Under the pieces are notes generated by a model, which was given only the letters and a program-made list of their open reading frames with translations, had not been told where the DNA came from and searched no databases. Made by a program: the position numbers and the translations under genes. This document shows positions 29,482 through 38,327 of a DNA stretch of 64,000 nucleotides, in pieces. Position 1 is the first letter of the stretch. Every line of letters begins with the position of its first letter. Source of the stretch: a virus; IMG/VR virus record IMGVR_UViG_3300014208_001433, positions 29,134 to 93,133 of that record, one strand, 5' to 3'.

Positions 29482-30558
29482 ATGAAGACAATAAAAAAAG
29501 GGATTTCACAACTTATAACCCTTGATCAGACATTATTAGGCAGCGGAAAACACGTTTACTTGACGATGATCGGTGAAGACGGTTCGGTGATTAAAAACTC
29601 TTCAGCGGCAGATATAAAAGATTTATCACTTTCCTACAACGCAACTTCATCTCTCTATGAAGCAGCCGTAACTGTAGCCTCGGATGAGCCGGAACAATAT
29701 GTCCGGCTCTTCTTTTATGCTACAGACGCGAACGTAGAGAATAAATATTATCCGGAAGATGCAAAATTGGAAGCAGTAGCCGGCATAATTACAACCGAGG
29801 CTGAAATTGTACCGGTACAGTTTTTTATTGATTATGTTCTGGCTTCTTCAAGCAGATTAGACCCGGCGTATGAAGCGGCGATAACGGCTTTTTCGGAGGA
29901 TAGAGCGGGATTAAGAAGTTACTTAAAGAGCGCACAAGATACTCTTGAAAAACAATGCGAGCTTTATTTTACCGAACGGACAAAGACCGAGAACCGTGAT
30001 AATTATTTTGAAAAATTCAGTATGAATCTTTGGCAAATACAAGTTTATAACCCACCAATAAATGATTTAACAAGTGTAAAGATAAAGTACGGCAATACCG
30101 AGTTAATGGGTATTGGTGTTGATCTTTTTACGTTTGACCGCATGACGGGAATAATTGAATTTTTACCTTTACCAACTGGTGGAACAGCAGGGCTTTATAC
30201 TTTGCTGTTAGGCAGTTTAAGCGCGTTGGGTTTATCTGTTTTAACCGGCGGAGCGCTGGAACGGATACCAAACTTTTTTGAGGTAACGTACAAAACGGGG
30301 TTAGTTTATGCAGGCGCAGACCCGTTTGAAGTTGAAGGGATAAGACAGGCTATTTGCCGCAGAGCATTCCTAAGTTTGGTCCATCATGTAGATCCCGCGG
30401 CAAGAGTAGTTAGCGAAAGTGAAAGCATTGACGGAGTTGCAAGCAGTATTAGTTCGGGAGTTGCTAAGGTAATTACCGAACTGAAACAGGACGAAGTAAG
30501 TTATTTAAACGGTTTGCGGCAGAAGTACGGGAAGAACTTTAATGTAGTTATCGGGTAA
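29482..30558 (+). CDS. Head-tail adaptor/connector
   Basis: Position; IPNFFEVTYKTG and SESESIDGVASS motifs typical of these adaptors. Confidence 0.6.
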   Translation: MKTIKKGISQLITLDQTLLGSGKHVYLTMIGEDGSVIKNSSAADIKDLSLSYNATSSLYEAAVTVASDEPEQYVRLFFYATDANVENKYYPEDAKLEAVAGIITTEAEIVPVQFFIDYVLASSSRLDPAYEAAITAFSEDRAGLRSYLKSAQDTLEKQCELYFTERTKTENRDNYFEKFSMNLWQIQVYNPPINDLTSVKIKYGNTELMGIGVDLFTFDRMTGIIEFLPLPTGGTAGLYTLLLGSLSALGLSVLTGGALERIPNFFEVTYKTGLVYAGADPFEVEGIRQAICRRAFLSLVHHVDPAARVVSESESIDGVASSISSGVAKVITELKQDEVSYLNGLRQKYGKNFNVVIG

Positions 30559-30709
30559 TTAGGAATTAGGAATTAGGAATAAACTTGGAACAATATTTTG
30601 AAGCCGTTAGAAAATTGCCGGTTGGGGATTGGAAAGTAATTGCGGAGTTCCATAGGATAATTATGAATTATAAAAAGATGAAGCGGTTAGCTGATAAGCA
30701 TAAAATAAA

Positions 30710-31501
30710 ATGTTAAAAATTATTGATGAAAATATTGTACGGAGTCTAAGACGGTTCGGGCAAACGGTAAAGCATTACCCGGGCACGTTGTGCAGTTGCA
30801 TTGGTGAAAATAACGGTGTGCCGTTATTAAACCATACTTGCAACCAGGGTTATTATTACGGAGCGCCGGAAACAATTATTGCAATACGCACGGCGATATC
30901 TTACAAATACCTAAACACGCCGCAAGGGGTAATTTATGACGGAGGCGCAACATTTACCATCCCAAGATTGAATTTAAGCGGAGCCGAACAGAGAGCTTAT
31001 TCTGTTATTACGCACGGAGATATTTTGGTTTGTGATAATAAGACCAGACGTGACACAGATATACTGAAGCGTGGAACCCGTGATTTTATTTACGCTTTTG
31101 ATATTACCGAAGTAATTGGCATATACCGTAACAACACAAAATATGATGCAACGGATTACACAATTATTGAGGATGATTATAAAACGTTACTTGGTGATGA
31201 CGGTTTACCGCTTACCGATGAGAACGGAGTACCAACGGGAGAAGTAAGAGACAAAGCGGATATTGTGGGTAAATTAATGGCGGTTGTTTGGGCAACCGGC
31301 AAAGGACCGGCAACGGGTGAAAGTTACACGGTGGAATTCATTTGTGCTCAACAGTTTAAAGTATGGGAAGATGCGGGAAGTGATAGGGGAACGGATGAAA
31401 ACAGACTACCGAAAAAGATGCTTACCGTATTAAGAAGATTTGTTACACCGGTGGAAAATAACCTTGACACCGTAGAAACGACACAGGAGTTGTACACATG
31501 A
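30710..31501 (+). CDS. Neck/head-closure protein
   Basis: CSC...HTCNQGYYY Cys motif and position, as in Herelleviridae-like neck genes. Confidence 0.55.
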   Translation: MLKIIDENIVRSLRRFGQTVKHYPGTLCSCIGENNGVPLLNHTCNQGYYYGAPETIIAIRTAISYKYLNTPQGVIYDGGATFTIPRLNLSGAEQRAYSVITHGDILVCDNKTRRDTDILKRGTRDFIYAFDITEVIGIYRNNTKYDATDYTIIEDDYKTLLGDDGLPLTDENGVPTGEVRDKADIVGKLMAVVWATGKGPATGESYTVEFICAQQFKVWEDAGSDRGTDENRLPKKMLTVLRRFVTPVENNLDTVETTQELYT

Positions 31502-34500
31502 TAATTACATTATTTGGAAAGTCAATAAAATTTGGGAAGAACCCGAACCAGATAGATATGTTTGCAACCGCCGGAGCGGAAAAGGAATTTGCGCCAGGGG
31601 ATAAACGCAGACTTGAACTTACAAGCGGCGGGAAGTTGCGTTGGAAGAATGCGGATGAGGAAGGGAGTGGAAAGTTGAAGGTTGAAAGTGGAAAGAATGC
31701 AACTCCGAACAATCAAAACATTAGAGAGGAAAAAGGTTTATTCAAAGAAGCGTATGAACAAACGCAAGATGAATATGCGCAAAAGATGTTCAGAGGACCA
31801 ATAGCTGAAGTTAAAAAATTTAAAGACCCGAATGATTTGGAAGATATTGCAATCTCTAACGAACAGCACAAAGTTATTATTAAACACGCTATTCGAGAAG
31901 GTAAAGAGATCCCGGATGCAGTAATTGAACCTTACAAAAATTCGCATTGGGCGAAGGAATATTTGAGTAAAAAAGTTGATTACTCACAAGAGCTTATAAA
32001 CACCGCGCAAACAAGTAAGACTTTCGATAAGTTTTTAACAAATGTTAGAATCCATGTATTCCCAAACGAGTTTCTTAAAAAAGAGTTGGGGTTAGGAGAT
32101 GACAACGTACAAAATAGAAAAAAACTTAATGACTATTACAACAGGCAAAAAGCAGAGCATAGAGAACAACGTAAAAAAGATAAAGAAGAAGGGGATAAGG
32201 CAATTGCCGAATTGCATGTAGATCAAATAGAAAAATTAGCACTTCAACAGTATGGCGGGAAAGTGGGGAAAGAAAAAAAGATTGATGATGATAAAATTGC
32301 AGAGTTGTATAGGAATAGCCCGATATCTATTCAAGTGGATAAGATGAGCAATAAAGCGCAAGAAATTTATAATAACGCCGGGAACCAGGCAGAAAAACAA
32401 ATTGCATTTGATCTTTGGAATTATGGGAATGGGATACAGGATGAGTTTGTAGAAAAGTACGTTAAAGGGGAAAAGATAAGTACTGAAGATGTTATGGAAG
32501 TAAAGAGAATTGCAAACATATTGATAAAAGGCGCTGATGAAGAATTTGAGAAAGTAAAAAATGGGAGTAAGGCAAAAATTACGATCAAGAAAAAGAAAGA
32601 AGAGCCGGTTAAAAAAGAACCTTGGGAGAGAACTTTATCGGATATGATACAAAATGAAATTACAAACCGTGAAATTTTTGGACCGGAAAGTTATCCTAAA
32701 TGGATAACGGATAATACTAAAGTGGAAATTGCAGACCGAAGAACCGGAATTGTTTATGATCATTTTACTCTTGCAAGCCCAACACAGGAAAGATTAAAAC
32801 ATTATGGGAAACTTGCACATTATGAAATTATAAAGCGAGCCTTAGTTGACGGCAAGCCCGTACCGCCGGAAGTGTTGAGGGATTATCCGGAGTTGGAAAA
32901 GGAAACTTCACTTATAAGTGAATTACCTTTTACTGCATCATTAAAAAAAGATTTAGAAAGTTACGGCGAAAAGACAAAAAATATTTTAGTTGAAGGGACG
33001 TATCAACCATTTGCTGATTGGTTTAAGAAACAATACCCGGATCAAGAATTTAAAATCGGTAAACATCAAGATGGAGGACCATTTATCGCTATAACTGGAG
33101 GAGGAGAAATTAGATATTCAGCTTATCAGAAAGATAATTCTGAAAACGAAATAAAATTATCAAAGTTAAAAAAACGGAAAGAAGTTCTTGGGGAAAAACT
33201 TTACTCCGAGAAACTTAAAAATCACAAGAAAGTATCTAATATTGGTTTTGGCACAAATATGAGGGGATATCAAAAAACGAAACAATTAAGTTTTAGAAGA
33301 GAAGATGAATTGCAACAAAAAATAAAAGAGATTAACGAAGAAATAAAAGATTTATTACCAAAGAATGTTAGTGAATCAAATAAAAGCATCTTCAAAAATT
33401 TATTTAAAGCCTTTGGGAAACAAATATCAATGTTTGGAGCGCAGCCATATCAAAAGGAAGGGCAGACGAAAGAGGGACGCGGAGGCACGTTGAAATTAAC
33501 GAGGGACAGCTCGGGAAAGGGAGCGCATTGGAAGTTAGTCGGCAAAGGGCAATCGGCAGTGGACGGTCAGCAGTCGGCAGTTGGCAGTGGGCAAGAAAAA
33601 CAAACTGGCGGAAAGATAATTACTCCGGCTAATGCTTTTGAATTGTTGCAGGATAAAATTGGTAATAGTGTGTTACTGCAGGACAATGAAGGAAACTTGT
33701 TAGGTGAGGGAGCGTTACAGCTTGTGAACGAAAACAGTGAAGGCAATTATTCTTTGTTCTTAAAAGAGGCAAATGGATTTGATTCTCTCGTATCGATACC
33801 AAAGAACCAGGCAGTTGTACAGAAGGAAGACGGGATAAGTTTTAAGTTTGCAGATAAGAATATTTTAATATCAACAATTGAGAAAAGCAAAATTCCCAAT
33901 AAGCCGGTTGAAATGGAAAAAGCCGAAGAGAACGCGAAACATGCGCGTAACTTAGAGAAGATGCGGAATTTTAACGAATGGCAAAAGAAAGCCGACAGTT
34001 ATGCAAGAACAGCGAACGGGCAAAAGGATTGGTTTTTTGGTGATATGGAAATTGCCGCCGACGCTGAAGGTTTAGAGTTTGGAGTGAAGAACCGCATCAT
34101 TAAAAAAGCCGATACACTGTTTAAGGAAATAAAGAGGAACGCAACAAGGGATGATAAGGCTGAGATATACAGCGCACTAATCGGAGCATTTGAAGTGAAA
34201 AGCGTTGCTAAGGCAAAAGCTGTTATTTCCAACTTAAAGAAGAAGGGGTATGAAATAGACGCTGATCAGTTGGACCAACCGAAGGATAAAGAAAACTTTT
34301 TTACAAGGATAAAAATAAGCAAAGGGGAAAACGATCCTTTGCCGAAGGAGTTGCAGTTTGCAACCGGTGAATATGCCTTGGCATTTGAAGAGTGCGCGAA
34401 GAAACCAAATCCTTTAAGAGAAACAGAAATGAGTTTGGGCTTAAAGATCAATGCTGAAGGGGTGCCGGAGTTTAACACAATTAAGAAACAATTGTTTAAC

Positions 34501-35526
34501 CTGGCCGGAGAAGGATTGGGACAATTATGGGTTACGGGTGGTTTACCGGGAAGCGGAAAGAGCAGCACACTTGGAGGTGAGTTTTATAAAAACAAAGTTT
34601 TGATAGATCCCGACAAAATAAAATATATGCTTGCTGAGGAAAGAGGAATATCGCAAGAAGAGGTAAATAAAAAGCCTTGGGAATTGCATGAGGAAAGTTC
34701 GAATATTGCCAAGCATTTGGTCCGTGAAGCAATACGCGAAAAGAAAGATGTAATTTATGATGTTACCATGAAGGGGACGGAAAATTTAAACGATCTTCTT
34801 TACATGGTGAACAGCGATACTTTTCAGGCGAATGCTGAGTTTATTCATCTCCCGATTGAAAAGGGAATTGAGCGCGACAAAGCAAGAGGAGAAAGCGGCG
34901 GAAGAAGCATAGGCGCTGATCTGTATAAGAAATTGTTTGGTGGTTATCCTACACACAAAGCTTTTTTTGAGTTGAAGGATAGTTTTGATAATTTTAGAGT
35001 ATATGATAACAGCGCACCGTTGGGAGAAGGGGCAAAACTATTTTATGTAAAAAATGACGGACAAGAAAAAATATTGCACCCGGGAATTCACGATGAATTC
35101 AAGAAATTTGGTTTGAAGCAAATGGGGAAATCACTATATTTGAGATACCAAAGGAGAAAATTAGTGAAAGCAATCGAACCCACACCCAAAACAAACGAAA
35201 CCCAATTACCGGAAAGCGAAAAGTTAAAACTTCTTTTAGGTTTTAAAGAGCAAGGGATAGACCGGGACATTGATCCGGAACAAGATTTCTTTGCTTTGGG
35301 AATGCTGAAGATGCACGGATTGATCGATGAGAATATGAATCTAACACCGGAAGGTGAGCAGAAATATCAATTTCAATTTGGCAGTAAGTTTAGCAACATG
35401 AACGGAGAAGAAAGCGATGTTGAACAGGTCGTGAATCCGAGAAAAAATATTGCTGAAGAAAATAAAGAGAAAAAACCAGCCATAAAAGCATTCGGGAAAG
35501 AATTCAATAAAAAGAAACCTGAGTAA
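31498..35526 (+). CDS. Large polyvalent protein (1342 aa) with a C-terminal zeta-toxin-like P-loop kinase
   Basis: GGLPGSGKSS, LIDPDKIK, LHEESS, DVIYDVT, R..RGESGGRSI and FRVYDNS at about 34525-35050. Confidence 0.75.
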   Translation: MIITLFGKSIKFGKNPNQIDMFATAGAEKEFAPGDKRRLELTSGGKLRWKNADEEGSGKLKVESGKNATPNNQNIREEKGLFKEAYEQTQDEYAQKMFRGPIAEVKKFKDPNDLEDIAISNEQHKVIIKHAIREGKEIPDAVIEPYKNSHWAKEYLSKKVDYSQELINTAQTSKTFDKFLTNVRIHVFPNEFLKKELGLGDDNVQNRKKLNDYYNRQKAEHREQRKKDKEEGDKAIAELHVDQIEKLALQQYGGKVGKEKKIDDDKIAELYRNSPISIQVDKMSNKAQEIYNNAGNQAEKQIAFDLWNYGNGIQDEFVEKYVKGEKISTEDVMEVKRIANILIKGADEEFEKVKNGSKAKITIKKKKEEPVKKEPWERTLSDMIQNEITNREIFGPESYPKWITDNTKVEIADRRTGIVYDHFTLASPTQERLKHYGKLAHYEIIKRALVDGKPVPPEVLRDYPELEKETSLISELPFTASLKKDLESYGEKTKNILVEGTYQPFADWFKKQYPDQEFKIGKHQDGGPFIAITGGGEIRYSAYQKDNSENEIKLSKLKKRKEVLGEKLYSEKLKNHKKVSNIGFGTNMRGYQKTKQLSFRREDELQQKIKEINEEIKDLLPKNVSESNKSIFKNLFKAFGKQISMFGAQPYQKEGQTKEGRGGTLKLTRDSSGKGAHWKLVGKGQSAVDGQQSAVGSGQEKQTGGKIITPANAFELLQDKIGNSVLLQDNEGNLLGEGALQLVNENSEGNYSLFLKEANGFDSLVSIPKNQAVVQKEDGISFKFADKNILISTIEKSKIPNKPVEMEKAEENAKHARNLEKMRNFNEWQKKADSYARTANGQKDWFFGDMEIAADAEGLEFGVKNRIIKKADTLFKEIKRNATRDDKAEIYSALIGAFEVKSVAKAKAVISNLKKKGYEIDADQLDQPKDKENFFTRIKISKGENDPLPKELQFATGEYALAFEECAKKPNPLRETEMSLGLKINAEGVPEFNTIKKQLFNLAGEGLGQLWVTGGLPGSGKSSTLGGEFYKNKVLIDPDKIKYMLAEERGISQEEVNKKPWELHEESSNIAKHLVREAIREKKDVIYDVTMKGTENLNDLLYMVNSDTFQANAEFIHLPIEKGIERDKARGESGGRSIGADLYKKLFGGYPTHKAFFELKDSFDNFRVYDNSAPLGEGAKLFYVKNDGQEKILHPGIHDEFKKFGLKQMGKSLYLRYQRRKLVKAIEPTPKTNETQLPESEKLKLLLGFKEQGIDRDIDPEQDFFALGMLKMHGLIDENMNLTPEGEQKYQFQFGSKFSNMNGEESDVEQVVNPRKNIAEENKEKKPAIKAFGKEFNKKKPE

Positions 35527-35584
35527 TACAGGACGAGAAACTTAATATAAGAGTTAACTTATAAGTTAAGTTTAAAGAAACAGC

Positions 35585-36634
35585 ATGAATTACCAAATTG
35601 TTTATGATATTGATTACAGCAAAGTCTATGAGCTGATAAACCACATTGAACAGCAATTAGGCAAAGAAGCTGAGTTACCGCAAGCGATTGAAGCGGCGGG
35701 AGATTTAGCAACACAGACATGGTTAAATGTTGCGGCAAGTAAGTTTAAGCATTCGCAAGGGGGATATGCAAACGGAATTGTATCGGGGGCGAAATATCCT
35801 TATCAGAGCGATAGACTTCATTATAAGATCATTCACACCAGCCCACATGCAAAAGCCCTGGAAGAAGGTTTTGAAAGTTTTGACATGAAGAAGGCGCTTG
35901 ATACTTCGCCAAAAGTAAGGATAGGAAAAGACGGTAAAAAATATTTAGTTATTCCTTTTCAACACGGTACACCGGGAACGACAAGTTTTAGGGCAATGCC
36001 TAAAGAAGTTTATGATAAAGCGCCGGTTTACCAGCGCGAAGTGCTAATGGGGAAAGTGAAATATTCTTTGGATGAAACGAGAACCGGAGCAAAAAACTTG
36101 CGGCATTCCGTTGCTGTAAAAATGTTTAACGAGGGAAGCATAAGGGGAGCGCGAGACCAAGCGGACGCAGAATTAATGAGAAGAAATAATCCTGAGCGTG
36201 TACAGCGAACAATGTATTCGTGGAGCGACAAAATTAAGAACACTGGACAACCGTTGCTTAGAGCGGAGCCAAAGGAATATACGATTAGCGATAAAGCAAC
36301 CGGTGAAAAGTTTAAGGTAACATCTCCTCCGCACAAAACTTCTATCTACGAAAATATGGTGAGATTTCAAACCAATCCCAATGTGAACAGGTTTAATTTC
36401 GGTAAGTTTATTTTTAAACCGCACAACCAGACGGAGAACATGAGGAACTCAAGCGCTTATTTTACTTTTAGAATTATGTCTGAAAATAGTCAAGGTTGGA
36501 TTCACCCGGGATTAAGCGGAATGTTTATTTTAAGGGAAACGAAAGAAAAAATAGAACAGCCGGTTATGATGATGTTGGGGGAAGCGGCGAAAAAAGATTT
36601 GAGTACCACAATTTCGGCATTTAACCAAAGTTAA
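35585..36634 (+). CDS. Neck/tail-completion protein
   Basis: FDMKKAL..SPKVR.GKDGKKYLVIPF and YFTFRIMSENSQGWIHPG motifs of SPO1/Twort-like neck proteins. Confidence 0.65.
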   Translation: MNYQIVYDIDYSKVYELINHIEQQLGKEAELPQAIEAAGDLATQTWLNVAASKFKHSQGGYANGIVSGAKYPYQSDRLHYKIIHTSPHAKALEEGFESFDMKKALDTSPKVRIGKDGKKYLVIPFQHGTPGTTSFRAMPKEVYDKAPVYQREVLMGKVKYSLDETRTGAKNLRHSVAVKMFNEGSIRGARDQADAELMRRNNPERVQRTMYSWSDKIKNTGQPLLRAEPKEYTISDKATGEKFKVTSPPHKTSIYENMVRFQTNPNVNRFNFGKFIFKPHNQTENMRNSSAYFTFRIMSENSQGWIHPGLSGMFILRETKEKIEQPVMMMLGEAAKKDLSTTISAFNQS

Positions 36635-36655
36635 AGAATTAGTAAGTTTGTACTG

Positions 36656-36735
36656 CAATATAAATCATACCCGTGATTTAGAAAGCTCCTTTGAATAGTT
36701 CCTGGAATCCCGCTGCAAAGAGCGGGATTTTTCAT
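36656..36735 (+). ncRNA. Candidate ~80-nt small RNA with an anti-SD seed
   Basis: TAAGTTTG at 36643-36650, 5' hairpin 36661-36680, unpaired gaaagctcctttgaatagtt, terminator 36706-36732. Confidence 0.45.
36706..36732 (+). terminator. Rho-independent terminator
   Basis: aatcccgct-gcaaag-agcgggatt-ttt. Confidence 0.8.
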
Positions 36736-36790
36736 TTTAAACGGTTTGCAAAAAAAAGTGAAAATAATTTAAACTTTTTTTGAAAAAGAC

Positions 36791-36822
36791 TTGACTTTAA
36801 TATACAAACGTTTGTATATTTG
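36791..36822 (+). promoter_or_regulatory. FCB-type promoter (TTG-N21-TAnnTTTG) overlapped by a 22-bp perfect palindrome
   Basis: ttg 36791-36793, tatatttg 36815-36822, aatatacaaac|gtttgtatatt 36799-36820. Confidence 0.75.
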
Positions 36823-36853
36823 TAGTGAAAGAAAAACAAAAAAGGAACCTCAA

Positions 36854-37369
36854 ATGAAAAGCGAAAACAAACCTAAATTTAACCCAACACCGGAAATGAT
36901 AACTGCAACAAAAGCTGTTCTTGCGGCGAAAGCATTAGTGCTAACTATTCGCCCGATAGTTGAAGGTTATGAAAAAGAAATCTTGGCAAAACATCGATTT
37001 ACAAACAAAGCAGAAGTAGCAATGCTTACAGAGCATGGACATGAAGCAAAGGAAAGAGTGATCTTAGATCCGAAAGAGAGCTACCAAATGGGTGATGAAG
37101 ACTTTAACGCTTATTGGAACGAGTGCAAAGCGGAAAGAGAAAGAAACGGATTAAAGGTTGAGCGTGATGATTTTTGTCCTTTGTTAGTAGCTGAAAATTT
37201 AGAGCGACAAGCAAATAGGGTTCTTTTAGAAGCGATGCAACCCATAACCGGTATTGACCCGGACGATCTTTGGAACATGGACCACCGAAAACAACTAATT
37301 GATTTGAGTATTAAATTAATTGCAGCTTATTGTAGAGAAAATAATATTGATCTAGAGGGAGGGTTCTAA
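36854..37369 (+). CDS. Hypothetical protein (start reassigned to ATG 36854)
   Basis: AAGGA SD precedes MKSENK; the track's TTG 36791 lies in the promoter. Confidence 0.65.
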   Translation: MKSENKPKFNPTPEMITATKAVLAAKALVLTIRPIVEGYEKEILAKHRFTNKAEVAMLTEHGHEAKERVILDPKESYQMGDEDFNAYWNECKAERERNGLKVERDDFCPLLVAENLERQANRVLLEAMQPITGIDPDDLWNMDHRKQLIDLSIKLIAAYCRENNIDLEGGF

Positions 37370-37370
37370 A

Positions 37371-37847
37371 ATGAAAACCGAAGCCGCATTAGTTTCAAAA
37401 AGAATAAAGAAAGAATTGAAAGAACTTTTTCCCAAGATAAAGTTTTCCGTAACCAGCAGTAACTATTCCGGCGGGAATTCTGTTCGTATTGAATATAATG
37501 ATTTTTTACCGACAAGTGTTTTGGAAGATCATTTTGAGAAATATGAAGATGGGAAATTTGATAGTTCCCAAGATTTGTATGAGTACAAAAAAAACGCACA
37601 TGAAGTAAATCCTAACGGTATTTTAGAAGCCCTCCCAAGAACAAAATATTTGTTTTTCGAGCGGAGAGTTTCGCCGGAAATGAGAGAAGAAGCGAAAAAA
37701 TATATTTTGAATACTTTTGATTGTGTCGAGAAACACGAAACGCAAATACACACAGCAGTACATCGGTTAACCGTAAATATGGATTTAAGTTTTGGTTTTG
37801 ACAAAAAGTATGCAGAAAATTTTCCTCACGGGTTATTTGATTATTAG
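37371..37847 (+). CDS. LPD29-like domain protein
   Basis: IKKELKELFPKIKFSVTSSNYSGGNSVRIEY...KYEDGKFDSSQDLYEY matches the LPD29 pattern as recalled. Confidence 0.7.
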   Translation: MKTEAALVSKRIKKELKELFPKIKFSVTSSNYSGGNSVRIEYNDFLPTSVLEDHFEKYEDGKFDSSQDLYEYKKNAHEVNPNGILEALPRTKYLFFERRVSPEMREEAKKYILNTFDCVEKHETQIHTAVHRLTVNMDLSFGFDKKYAENFPHGLFDY

Positions 37848-37877
37848 TTATTTTTCACTAAAGAAAAGGACAAAATA

Positions 37878-38069
37878 ATGATTTGCACTGAATGTAAGAA
37901 AGAAGCAAAAACAACTTATGCAGGATATTGGCATAATGATGGTAGCAAAGATGGCGTATGGGTGATCAAAGAAGGCGAGCATCTATGCGAAGATTGCGCG
38001 GAGAAAAGAACAGGGTTTAAAACACTTAGAGAGATTAATAATTCAAGAAAACTGAAAAAATTAAAATGA
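37878..38069 (+). CDS. Small zinc-ribbon protein
   Basis: CTEC...CEDC; AAGGA SD. Confidence 0.55.
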   Translation: MICTECKKEAKTTYAGYWHNDGSKDGVWVIKEGEHLCEDCAEKRTGFKTLREINNSRKLKKLK

Positions 38070-38308
38070 CAACCATACACGAAAAAATAGCAAAAACAAT
38101 TCCGGCGGAGTTTGTGCATAAAGACTTTGAGGTATTGGAACTAATTCACCAGCGGGGGAAATTACCGGCGGGGAAGTGGTATTCAATTCAAGAGTACATG
38201 AAGAAAGCCAATCTTAAAACACGGCGCAGTGTGTACCAAAGAATTGAAAGCGGGGAACTTGAGACAACGAAGATAGATAAATTCACTTTTGTAAAAGAGA
38301 CCAAGTAA
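38066..38308 (+). CDS. Excisionase-type HTH DNA-binding protein
   Basis: WYSIQEYMKKANLKTRRSVYQRIESGELETTKIDKFTFV. Confidence 0.65.
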   Translation: MTTIHEKIAKTIPAEFVHKDFEVLELIHQRGKLPAGKWYSIQEYMKKANLKTRRSVYQRIESGELETTKIDKFTFVKETK

Positions 38309-38327
38309 AAACGACCTCACTTTAATT

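Noticed and set aside
36639-36700. Minus-strand micro-ORF (MIYIAVQTY) behind an AAGGAG
   Set aside because: The SD is about 17 nt from the ATG and no promoter was seen; the plus-strand sRNA reading fits better.
36791-36853. TTG start for the 192-aa ORF
   Set aside because: Falls in the promoter/operator; the SD-supported ATG is at 36854.
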